From Bacteroidota bacterium (GTDB taxonomy: Bacteria > Bacteroidota > Bacteroidia > Chitinophagales > Saprospiraceae): DNA of 45,935 bases. The translations under genes were made by a program, and so were the position numbers. The stretch covers positions 1 through 45,935 of the forward strand of contig JBCDKV010000001.1 in NCBI GenBank assembly GCA_038746215.1, given 5' to 3'. Shown one piece after another: positions 1-7,974 of this stretch; within the stretch, counting starts at the first letter, position 1; every line of letters begins with the position of its first letter. Under the pieces are notes generated by a model that saw only the letters and a list, made by a program, of their open reading frames with translations, did not search any database and was not told the DNA's origin.

Positions 1-125
1 AGCAAGGCATTTCCACTTGGCAGTTCGCCTGATGCCAAGACCAACTGCCCCTTGACGGTGAAGGAAGATTGCGCCACTGAAGCGTATACAAAAAGAATGA
101 ATATTAGACTGATGAACCACTTCAT
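1..125 (-). CDS. N-terminal fragment (partial, runs off window) of a secreted/outer-membrane protein, possibly a CarboxypepD_reg/TonB-receptor-type N-terminus
   Basis: Reverse-strand ATG at 125-123 gives MKWFISLIFILFVYASVAQSSFTVKGQLVLASGELPSGNAL, open to the window edge. This is a classic signal peptide followed by a beta-sandwich-like start. It is absent from the ORF track because no stop lies in the window. Confidence 0.45.
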   Translation of the reverse strand, partial: MKWFISLIFILFVYASVAQSSFTVKGQLVLASGELPSGNAL

Positions 126-310
126 TTTCCATTGATATTTACCGCCAATTTAAATGGCAATAGAATGCGCTCAATAGAAAGTCGCTCAACAGCAAATCAA
201 GGTCGCTAGAAAGGTTGAATAGGCTTCATCGACCTAAAAAGTTTATCTGTCGCTGCTCGGCTCGTTTTGGTAGCTTATTGGCTTGTTTTGAGGGAAAGAA
301 GCTGTACTTT

Positions 311-473
311 GGTAAGAGCATGTTTGGAGCACTATTTTCCTATAAACCAACATTTTATGAACCTGACTGCATGAAAAATAAACGCCGTATCCAGATATGC
401 AGTTAATTTTTCACCTTGTCAGAACCACAAACTGCTGATTTCTAGTTCAATCCTGCTCCAAACAAGCTCTAAG
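311..473 (+). repeat. Palindromic MITE-like element, family B, copy 1
   Basis: About 160 bp, alignable by eye along its length to the reverse complement of 42793-42953. Imperfect terminal inverted repeats TAAGAGCATGTTTGGAG / CTCCAAACAAGCTCTAA. It explains the spurious ORF 215..406. Confidence 0.7.
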
Positions 474-520
474 TCATTAATAAAGGAAAACGATCTTTCA
501 AGATTCCTATCTTGGAAGTG

Positions 521-822
521 CTATCTCACTCGTTTCCTAACGAGTTGACTTAAAAAGCTCGTTAGGAAACGAGTGGATAGACGTATTAAGTTAGGAAACT
601 TAATATACTGCAAACGGGGTGAAAAAGTACTTTCATTTTCGAAAAAAGATAGGTTTTGTTCACATCATTTACCGCTAAATTTAGGAGTAAGTTTTCGCTG
701 AGGAGGAGGTCGACACCTCCTCAGCGAATCAAGGTTTTTAAGGACAAAGAAGCGAGAATCGCTTCTTTGTCCTTAAAAAACCTTGATCAAATTTGGCAGG
801 CTCGATGCCGCCAAATTTGAAA
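521..822. repeat. Cluster of five unrelated stem-loops in one intergenic region
   Basis: Inverted repeats read directly. They are 527-544/558-575 (18 bp), 584-592/597-605 (9 bp), 695-706/716-727 (about 12 bp around a GTCGAC centre), 728-755/759-786 (about 25-28 bp) and 789-800/811-822 (about 10 bp). Confidence 0.8.
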
Positions 823-960
823 GTACACGTAATAGTTTGTGCTTAAAAATGTCAACAGCGTAAAATGCACTTTTTTATCCAGAACGGAGTATACATCGTT
901 TCTATGAATGGAGTACTTACATGCTCATAAACTCCCTTTGTCATTAAACTTGTATCTAAT

Positions 961-2025
961 ATGGAAGAATGGACGCTAGGAAAAAAGTATCCGCTTCATC
1001 AGCATATTTTGTTTTGGCTAGCGGTGTACGCTTGCTATTGCATTGCCAATATAGAAGATCACCTGTCGTCGTCGGAACTTGTTGTCACCTATGCTTTTAA
1101 GGTGAGCGTACAAGCAGCTATAGCGTATTATTTATTGCTCTTGGTACTACCTACTTACTTTGCACACCGTCGCACGTTTCGTTTGGTTTCGTCCATATTG
1201 TTATTGCTAATTGTGCTACAAGTCATCGCAGAAAGTTGGCAGTATTTTTATTTAGAGCAGGCTTATCCTTTCACCTACTCTAATTGTATGAATCGTTACA
1301 GCAACACTGCTTATTCGGAAAGACTTTTCAATGGCATCACGATTTTTTTTAGAAATCCTGCTATTTATCTGCCGCCTGCGGTTGGACTTATGGCACTACA
1401 ATATGTGCAGAAGCAGCGTAGTTTGGCGGAGTTTAAAGAGCAAAAGAAAACCAATGAACTCAAGGCACTCAAAAATCAGATGAATCCCCATTTTTTATTC
1501 AATACGCTCAATAATTTATACACTTTAGCCCTCAAAAAGTCAGACAAAACGCCCGAAGTAATCGCTAGGCTTTCAGAGATTTTAGATTATATGTTGTATC
1601 GCTGCAACGACGAACTTGTGCCTATTCAAAGAGAAATAGAACTGCTAGAAAACTATTTGGAGCTAGAAAAAATTCGATATGGGGAGCGCGTACAAATTCA
1701 ATTTGATCGGCAAGTGCAGCACGCTATTCAAATTGCGCCTTTGATGCTGCTCCATTTCGTAGAAAATGCCTTCAAACACGGCGTTCGTCAGGAATTGTCG
1801 CAAGCCTCTATTCACATTCAACTGCATACCAACGCAAATACCATTGATTTTTGTATCGAAAACAGCATTGCCAATAACACAGCAAACACCTCAATAGCAA
1901 CAGAAGGCATTGGGCTGCAAAACATTCGACGGCAACTGCTGCTTTTGTATCCACAACGACATCAAATCGACTTTCAACGTACGACTAGCCATTTTCGGGT
2001 TCAATTAAAAATCCATACTGTATGA
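961..2025 (+). CDS. LytS/YehU-family sensor histidine kinase (membrane N-domain + His_kinase/HATPase)
   Basis: Multi-TM N-terminus, then the NPHFLFNTLN motif diagnostic of LytS-type His_kinase domains, and a C-terminal ATPase region (ENAFKHG ... GIGLQNIRRQL). Its stop overlaps the next gene's start (2022-2025). Confidence 0.85.
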   Translation: MEEWTLGKKYPLHQHILFWLAVYACYCIANIEDHLSSSELVVTYAFKVSVQAAIAYYLLLLVLPTYFAHRRTFRLVSSILLLLIVLQVIAESWQYFYLEQAYPFTYSNCMNRYSNTAYSERLFNGITIFFRNPAIYLPPAVGLMALQYVQKQRSLAEFKEQKKTNELKALKNQMNPHFLFNTLNNLYTLALKKSDKTPEVIARLSEILDYMLYRCNDELVPIQREIELLENYLELEKIRYGERVQIQFDRQVQHAIQIAPLMLLHFVENAFKHGVRQELSQASIHIQLHTNANTIDFCIENSIANNTANTSIATEGIGLQNIRRQLLLLYPQRHQIDFQRTTSHFRVQLKIHTV

Positions 2026-2726
2026 AATACCGATGTGTCATTATCGACGATGAAGCATTAGCAAGAGAACTAGTAGCGACCCACTTATCGCATTTTGAAG
2101 AATTAGAATTGGTGGCAACCTGCAGCACTGCCATAGAAGCACGTCGGCTTGACTTTTCTACGATTGATTTGCTCTTTCTAGATATCGAAATGCCCGTCTT
2201 AAAAGGCACAGATTTTCTTGCGCACCTCACACCAAAACCTGCTGTCATTTTCACCACTGCCTACCGAGATTATGCTGTAGAAGGCTTTAATTTAGATGCC
2301 GTAGATTATCTGTTGAAGCCCATTACTTTTCATCGGTTTTTCAAAGCCGTTGAAAAATTTTTAAAACTCCAAACCGCTCCCAATAAGCGTAAGGAAAACC
2401 AACAACCGCTCCTAAAAGACTTTATTTTTATTCGTAAAGATCGGAAGCAGGTGAAGCTTTTTCTATCCAATATCCTATACATTGAAAGCTTAAAAGACTA
2501 CATCCAAATTCATCAAATCGACCAAAAGCATACAATCAAACACAGCCTGACGCAGTTCGCACAATTGCTAGACGAGCGTTTTTTGAGAATACACCGCTCT
2601 TTCATCGTCAATACGAACCAAGTCACTGCCTACACCAAAAGAGATGTCGAAATTGGCAGTCTAGAGTTACCGATTGGATTGAATTATCGAGCGGTGGTGG
2701 AGGAATTTTTTGAGCGTGTTTTTTAA
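2022..2726 (+). CDS. LytR/AlgR-family response regulator (REC + LytTR DNA-binding domain)
   Basis: Receiver motifs (VIIDDE, LLFLDIEMP, DYLLKP) plus a LytTR C-domain (IESLKDYIQIH ... FLRIHRSFIVN). A 4-nt overlap with the upstream kinase gene implies an operon. Confidence 0.9.
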   Translation: MKYRCVIIDDEALARELVATHLSHFEELELVATCSTAIEARRLDFSTIDLLFLDIEMPVLKGTDFLAHLTPKPAVIFTTAYRDYAVEGFNLDAVDYLLKPITFHRFFKAVEKFLKLQTAPNKRKENQQPLLKDFIFIRKDRKQVKLFLSNILYIESLKDYIQIHQIDQKHTIKHSLTQFAQLLDERFLRIHRSFIVNTNQVTAYTKRDVEIGSLELPIGLNYRAVVEEFFERVF

Positions 2727-2739
2727 GTATTTCTCTATC

Positions 2740-2806
2740 TCACCGTCCAAAAAGTATCCCGCCCACCAACCGATCCCCTCACTAAAAGTACATATCTCAG
2801 GCGTAA
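2740..2806 (-). repeat. Orphan copy of an AraC-gene 3' end (partner of 3137-3203)
   Basis: A 20-nt identical core TCACCGTCCAAAAAGTATCC lies at 2740-2759 and 3137-3156. The reverse-strand reading ..LTPEICTFSEGIGWWAGYFLDGE parallels the AraC tail ..LTPKKLFYQRREIGGPGYFLDGE. Confidence 0.7.
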
Positions 2807-2860
2807 GTACAGTTTGCATTCTATTCACGAATAAGCTATTTTTGCAGAAAAATCATAGAT

Positions 2861-3094
2861 ATGGACGACTACATGAACTACATTGAGATTAATCCAAAAG
2901 TGATGTTTGGTAAGCCTGTAATCAAAGGTACGAGGATTACCGTAGAGCAAATCTTGATTGACATGGCAGCACAAAAAACACCTGATGATTTGATCGAATC
3001 TTATCCAAGATTGACAAAGGAAGGGATTTGGGCTGCGCTTCACTTCGTCGCTCACGCTATCAAAGGAGAACGAATTTATCCAATTGCAGCATGA
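2861..3094 (+). CDS. DUF433 domain protein (antitoxin-like partner of DUF5615/PIN-like toxins)
   Basis: The 77-aa product contains MFGKPVIKGTRITVEQIL, the hallmark DUF433 core. Its stop overlaps the ATG of a DUF5615-like stub by 4 nt. Confidence 0.8.
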   Translation: MDDYMNYIEINPKVMFGKPVIKGTRITVEQILIDMAAQKTPDDLIESYPRLTKEGIWAALHFVAHAIKGERIYPIAA

Positions 3095-3126
3095 AATTTT
3101 TAGCAGATGAAGGCGTAGAAAAGCAA
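3091..3126 (+). pseudogene. Truncated DUF5615 (Mut7-C/PIN-like toxin) gene, only about 11 codons retained
   Basis: ATG at 3091 overlaps the DUF433 stop and reads MKFLADEGVEK, a typical DUF5615 N-terminus. After that the frame is simply antisense to the AraC 3' end. Confidence 0.55.
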
Positions 3127-3714
3127 CCTTCTCACTTCACCGTCCAAAAAGTATCCTGGCCCACCAATCTCCCGCCGCTGATAAAACAGCTTTTTAGGCG
3201 TCAGACCTGTGTAAGCACGAATATGTCTTATAAAATTGGCTTGATCGTAATAGGCATTGTCATGCGCCAACTGCGTGAGCGAAATGCTGCCTTGCTGTGC
3301 TTTGTAATGCTGCAAAGTATTGCGGAAGCGCACCAAATTAGAGAATCCACGGATATGGTGAGCGAGTTGTGACTGAAATTGGCGGAGCAGCGTTCTGCGA
3401 TTCATGCCGTAGGACTTTGCTAATGCCTGAACACTGCATTGTCCATTACTTTGCATGATTTCTTCTACGATTAGGCGCAGTTCTGCCATAGGAAAAGGAC
3501 GATAATGTCGCAAAAAGAAGGCATCCAATAAGTCGCGTTTTTCGGTAGTGGAAGTCGCTTCAAATACCGCTGCCGTCGTTTCAAAAAAACTAGTACTGTA
3601 AAAATCAAACGGATTGATGGTCTCTGAAATGAGACGTTGGGCAGGAACGTCGATGAAATGATTGAAACCCAAAGGCTCGAAGATGATACCGATTTTTTGA
3701 ATACAGCCATTCAT
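3100..3714 (-). CDS. AraC-family transcriptional regulator (HTH_18 C-domain). The frame is open upstream to 3930 without a canonical start.
   Basis: The C-terminal part contains an AraC-type HTH (RRTLLRQFQ ... DQANFIRHIRAYTGLTPKK). The same frame stays open for 72 more codons (LIFYKFPHYFHNTFDPYFQCTFTYY...) up to a TAG at 3933-3931, with no ATG/GTG/TTG among them. Confidence 0.75.
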   Translation of the reverse strand: MNGCIQKIGIIFEPLGFNHFIDVPAQRLISETINPFDFYSTSFFETTAAVFEATSTTEKRDLLDAFFLRHYRPFPMAELRLIVEEIMQSNGQCSVQALAKSYGMNRRTLLRQFQSQLAHHIRGFSNLVRFRNTLQHYKAQQGSISLTQLAHDNAYYDQANFIRHIRAYTGLTPKKLFYQRREIGGPGYFLDGEVRRLLFYAFIC

Positions 3715-4146
3715 ACGAACTACGCGACTATTTTGGGTCGAAAAAGTGAGGATAGCAGTCTGTTCTTTGGTGCGATCGGGTAGGGTAGTGCGTTGGTTGC
3801 CTTTCCATTGAATGTTGGAATGCCGAAAGACATTGAGGGCGACTCGGTAGTTGGGATAGTAAGTAAAAGTGCATTGAAAATAGGGATCGAACGTATTGTG
3901 AAAGTAGTGAGGGAATTTGTAGAAAATAAGCTACCCAAATTTTGCGAAGCTATTTTTTCTTTAGTCAAGGCGAAAAACGCAGGCATAGCAGGGCTACGGC
4001 GAGGCTTTTCAACGTAGAATAAAGGAAAAAGAGCGAGAAAAATGGGTAGGTTATATTTTACAAGTTCCCTAACAGGCGATATGTGGTCGCAAAAGTGGGT
4101 GAGCCGATTGGATGCTCGTGAATTGTTCTTGCTTGCTGTTCATCAT

Positions 4147-6021
4147 TCAAAACAAAATCATATAATCTCGCACCGACTGATCTGCTGCTAAATCAATTTT
4201 CTTCGACAGACGATGCTGCGCCTTGCGTACGCTATCGGGACTAATACCCAAAAGTTGAGCGATTTCTTTATTTTGGATATTGAGTTTGAGGAGTGCCGAA
4301 AGGTTGAGTTCGTTGGAGGTAATGGTCGGATATTGTACTTTGAGTTGCTTAAAAAAGTCGGGATGAATGTGTTGGAAATAAGTGGTAAAAGACGCCCAAT
4401 CTTTTTCTTGTTCGATGGTTTCGAGTAGGAAAGTGGACATGTTTTTGATATTGGAGCCTGGAGGATTGGTGTTTGAAGTAGTTGCTGCCACCTCAGTTAC
4501 AGTCGCTGATTCACCGACTTGCTGTCCGCTGTTTTTTTGATACCAAATAACTCCAAATAGTATCAAAGCAAGCACGATTAAAAGTGCAATCCACCAAGCA
4601 GACGATAATTGAACTTTCGTTGAAGTCATGTTGGTCGATTGTTCTTTTTGACTGATTTCTATAGCAGCAATACTGCGCATTTCATCCAAATCAACCAAAT
4701 CCTTTTCGATTTGTAAATATGCAGCTTCATAGGCATTTGCCTTTTGAGGTTCTCCTTTCGCGATATATATTTTTGCCAATAATTCATTCATGTACAAGGA
4801 TACATATTGATCGTTTTCTGTCGCTGCGATTTCCAAACACTTTTCTGCAACAATTCTTGCCTCCTCCAATTGATCGAGCTCAAACAATACCAAAGCTTTC
4901 AAGCACCTCACTTTATTGGCATCTCGGCTGTGCGTATTCTCGGCAGTTGTGTTATTCTCAAAGTCTTCAATGGCGCGATCAAAGTAAGTGATGGCTTGCT
5001 CGAAATTACTCGTCGCACTTGCCGTCTGTCCTTGCTTTTTATGAATTTCGCCTATATTTTTTAACAGATCGCCGAGTATCATGTATTGCGTATCGGTGGT
5101 TTGGGCAATTGCTAGCGAGCGATAAAAATACTGCAACGCCTCTGCCGTCTTTTCTTGACTCAAATGTATATGTCCCAACTCTTTGAGGTGCAGCGCAACA
5201 CCAATCGGCTGATTCAATTTTTTACTCACCGCCAAGCCTTCCAATTCATACTGCAATGCCCGATCCCAATCCTCCAAAATCTGATAGATGCCCGAAACGT
5301 GGATCAATGCCGTATTTTGATGATAGTCTTCTAGCCCCAATTCCATCGCCTCGAAAAAATGGCGAAGCGACGCATCATAGTTACCCATTTGTTTTTCAAA
5401 AAAGCCAAAAGACCGCAGCACAATGGCTTTGGAAGCGACATGATTCGGCATCTCACAAATGCGAAGGACTTCCTCGTAGCGTTCTCGTGCGAGATCGTAT
5501 TCGTTCTGATAAAAAAGATTGGTGGCTTCGATCAAATAGCTGCGGACAAAAGCATTGGAAGCCGCATTTTCGATCAGCAGTGGTTTGGATAATCGAAGCA
5601 AACTATCGGAAGTAGAAAAATTGCCCATCGCAGCGTGAAGCGCACTCAATTCAAATTGGGTTAGTGCAATTTCCAATTCATTCTTTTGCTGTGTGAAATA
5701 GATTAAGCTTGCCTCGAAGGTATCTAATGCCGCAAAAAAATCACCTTTATATCGAAGAATACTTGCCAACTGACGGGTGAGTTGATGATACTGCAAAGAA
5801 TCGGTCGTCAAATCCCTCGCCGCTTCCGTATAAGTCGCGGCGGTACGGCTATTTTGCTTACGATTGTCCCACGCCCACGTCTGCATCAAATCTATACTAT
5901 CCGAATGATTGGCATGTAGTAATTGTGCCTCCAATATCGTAGTGTCGCCATCTTGTGCAGACAGCAAAGCGTGGCAAGCGAGTAAGAAAAAAGTACCGTA
6001 AAGTCTAATGATTCTATTCAC
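4147..6021 (-). CDS. Membrane-anchored TPR-repeat regulator with C-terminal LuxR/GerE-type HTH
   Basis: Signal peptide, about 450 aa of TPR-like repeats, one TM helix (AWWIALLIVLALILFGVIWY), then the HTH LSALLKLNIQNKEIAQLLGISPDSVRKAQHRLSKKI. Confidence 0.8.
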   Translation of the reverse strand: MNRIIRLYGTFFLLACHALLSAQDGDTTILEAQLLHANHSDSIDLMQTWAWDNRKQNSRTAATYTEAARDLTTDSLQYHQLTRQLASILRYKGDFFAALDTFEASLIYFTQQKNELEIALTQFELSALHAAMGNFSTSDSLLRLSKPLLIENAASNAFVRSYLIEATNLFYQNEYDLARERYEEVLRICEMPNHVASKAIVLRSFGFFEKQMGNYDASLRHFFEAMELGLEDYHQNTALIHVSGIYQILEDWDRALQYELEGLAVSKKLNQPIGVALHLKELGHIHLSQEKTAEALQYFYRSLAIAQTTDTQYMILGDLLKNIGEIHKKQGQTASATSNFEQAITYFDRAIEDFENNTTAENTHSRDANKVRCLKALVLFELDQLEEARIVAEKCLEIAATENDQYVSLYMNELLAKIYIAKGEPQKANAYEAAYLQIEKDLVDLDEMRSIAAIEISQKEQSTNMTSTKVQLSSAWWIALLIVLALILFGVIWYQKNSGQQVGESATVTEVAATTSNTNPPGSNIKNMSTFLLETIEQEKDWASFTTYFQHIHPDFFKQLKVQYPTITSNELNLSALLKLNIQNKEIAQLLGISPDSVRKAQHRLSKKIDLAADQSVRDYMILF

Positions 6022-6340
6022 GTATAGTTTTATTTTAACGAGCGCAAGTTGCGACTACGAATGCGCTACGACAACCTTCAGTAGCAGACAATCGTGTAAA
6101 ATAAGCGATTGTCCGTTCATTGTCTTGTTTTCAAGCACCTATGTCCATTTGATCGGACGGTATTGGAATCATCTCTTTTTATTGTTTTTTGTTGAAATGG
6201 AGGTTATGAACAGGATAAGAGCGATTTGCCCGAACTCGAAAGCGCAAATCGGAAAACTTGGATCGGTAAGCCCTAAGGATTGCCGAGCTGACTATCTAGC
6301 TAACTCAGTGAAAAGTCGAAAACACATCAGTTCTTGATGT

Positions 6341-6619
6341 GAATAACGGGTAAAATACTCCATTTTGTGGCAGTAACAGCTTTACTAAACTTTTGAAACT
6401 TAGTAGAGCGTTCGAGATCGCGCAACAAGTATGCCCAAAGGTTTTTTATGGACGGAAACACAAATTTCAACTTATTTTTTGGAGAAAAATAAGTTGAAAT
6501 TTGTGTTTCCGTCCGAAGAGAATTACTGAGCATACTTGTTGCTCAATTTACGGATTTTGATCTGAACTATATCTGAGTTAAATGTCAAGAAAAATGATAC
6601 CTGTACAGTCGTTATTCGC
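6341..6619 (+). repeat. Palindromic MITE-like element, family A, copy 1
   Basis: Terminal inverted GAATAACG / CGTTATTC and internal inverted GCAACAAGTATGC / GCATACTTGTTGC. There is a perfect 30-bp central hairpin 6450-6479 / 6485-6514. It ends 28 nt before the ABC ATPase start. Confidence 0.85.
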
Positions 6620-6646
6620 ATTCTTGCTACTAAAATACAAACAAAA

Positions 6647-7525
6647 ATGACACTCCGCATTCAAAATTTAACAAAGATATATCCCAATGGCGTAAAAGCC
6701 TTAGATCACCTCGATTTAGAGATCGAGAAGGGTATGTTTGGCTTGCTTGGTCCGAATGGTGCGGGCAAATCGAGCTTGATGCGTACCATCGCCACCTTGC
6801 AACGACCCGACCAAGGCAGCATTGTTTTTGAAGGTATTGAGGTACTAAAAGACGCGATGAGTTTACGAAAAGTTTTGGGCTATCTGCCTCAAGCATTTGG
6901 TGTCTATCCCAAAGTATCTGCGCTGCGTTTGCTCGACTATTTTGCCACTTTGAAAGGTATTGCTTCCAAAAAAGAACGAACGATCATCATCCAAAAAGTA
7001 TTGGAATTGACCAATCTTTACGATGTCCGAAAGAAAAGTGTCAGCAGCTATTCGGGCGGTATGAAGCAGCGTTTTGGAATCGCGCAATTACTCCTCAACA
7101 ATCCTCGCCTCATCATCGTCGATGAACCCACTTCAGGACTCGATCCCGCCGAACGCAACCGCTTTTTGAATGTGCTGCGCGCCGTCGGAGCGGAGAACAC
7201 GGTCATTTTTTCGACCCACATTGTAGAAGACGTGAAAGAGCTTTGTACCGATATGGCGATCATGAACAAAGGACGTATTCTGCGACACATTCCTCCAAAG
7301 GCTGCCACCGCCAAACTAGCAGGTAAGGTGTGGAAAAAGCAAATTGATACTGCTACTTTGGAGGTTTACGAAGCTCAGATGACTGTCCTTTCTTCCCATT
7401 TCGCACCAGATAATTCCAAAGTCATTCGAGTCTTTGCGGAGACTCAACCCGATGCTAGTTTTGAGAGGGCGACCCCTAATTTAGAGGATGTTTATTTTTT
7501 GGCACTTGGTATTAATAACACATAA
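6647..7525 (+). CDS. ABC transporter ATP-binding protein (ABC-2/CcmA-like)
   Basis: Walker A GPNGAGKSS, signature YSGGMKQR, Walker B LIIVDEPTSGLD, H-loop STHIVED. Confidence 0.95.
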   Translation: MTLRIQNLTKIYPNGVKALDHLDLEIEKGMFGLLGPNGAGKSSLMRTIATLQRPDQGSIVFEGIEVLKDAMSLRKVLGYLPQAFGVYPKVSALRLLDYFATLKGIASKKERTIIIQKVLELTNLYDVRKKSVSSYSGGMKQRFGIAQLLLNNPRLIIVDEPTSGLDPAERNRFLNVLRAVGAENTVIFSTHIVEDVKELCTDMAIMNKGRILRHIPPKAATAKLAGKVWKKQIDTATLEVYEAQMTVLSSHFAPDNSKVIRVFAETQPDASFERATPNLEDVYFLALGINNT

Positions 7526-7540
7526 GTATTGTTAAATAAA

Positions 7541-7890
7541 ACACATAGTCTTATAGCGGCGAAGCTGCAACACGTACTTTTTTTGAAACATATAGAAACA
7601 TAGAAACATAGAACACATAGAGTAGCGTTTTTTTGCAAAAAAACTATGTGTTTCTACTGTGGCTATGTGTTTTATAATCAATTATTTACGTGCTGCTTGT
7701 TCCAAAAGTCTTGTTTTTTGCGCAAACTTTTACAAGTATGTACTACATAGTAACACATAGAAGGCTCAGCTTACTAGTGACTATTTAAACAACATATAAT
7801 AATCTGGAAATGAGGTACATAGGTACACTAGGGGCACATAGTTTTCTCGTAGAAAAAATACTTTGCTATGTGTCTCTATGTGACTGTGTG
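7541..7890. repeat. Arrays of the heptamer (A/C)ACATAG and its complement CTATGTG arranged convergently around T7-GC-A7 palindromes
   Basis: Forward copies lie at about 7542, 7589-7620 (four tandem), 7744, 7754, 7815-7841 (three). Reverse copies lie at 7644, 7664, 7866, 7876, 7884. The palindrome TTTTTTTGCAAAAAAA is at 7628-7643. Confidence 0.8.
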
Positions 7891-7974
7891 TTTCCATAAA
7901 ATGTGTTCTATTTTGCAGCTTGCTGCTGTAAGTGCCTATGCGTTAAACAACACCTGTTTTCTAACATCAAAGCA

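Noticed and set aside
215-406. 63-aa ORF (TTG start) in the first intergenic region
   Set aside because: It lies mostly inside the family B palindromic repeat (311-473). It has no recognisable motif, and an equivalent antisense ORF would arise in the inverted copy at 42793-42953.
440-465. T-loop-like GTTCAATCC sequence suggesting a tRNA
   Set aside because: No acceptor or anticodon stems can be folded around it. The segment is part of repeat family B and is not conserved in the other copy.
3028-3372. 114-aa plus-strand ORF overlapping the AraC gene
   Set aside because: Only the 11 codons from ATG 3091 (MKFLADEGVEK) look like a real gene remnant (DUF5615). The rest is antisense to the AraC HTH region.
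3720-3986. 88-aa minus-strand ORF upstream of the AraC ORF
   Set aside because: It is in a different frame from the AraC-like in-frame extension (3715-3930), which has the more protein-like sequence. The composition of this ORF is low-complexity.
6450-6514. Possibility that the recurring ~30-bp palindromes are CRISPR repeats
   Set aside because: The copies are kilobases apart and embedded in larger ~280-bp repeats. They occur as inverted pairs rather than evenly spaced direct repeats with unique spacers. No cas genes are present.
7903-7974. Upstream extension of the permease-M1 fusion ORF (MFYFAACCCKCLCVKQHLF...)
   Set aside because: The extension is Cys-rich and overlaps the heptamer repeat array. 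MFIKIYLYELNYWLKRP from ATG 7975 looks like a genuine ABC-2 permease N-terminus.
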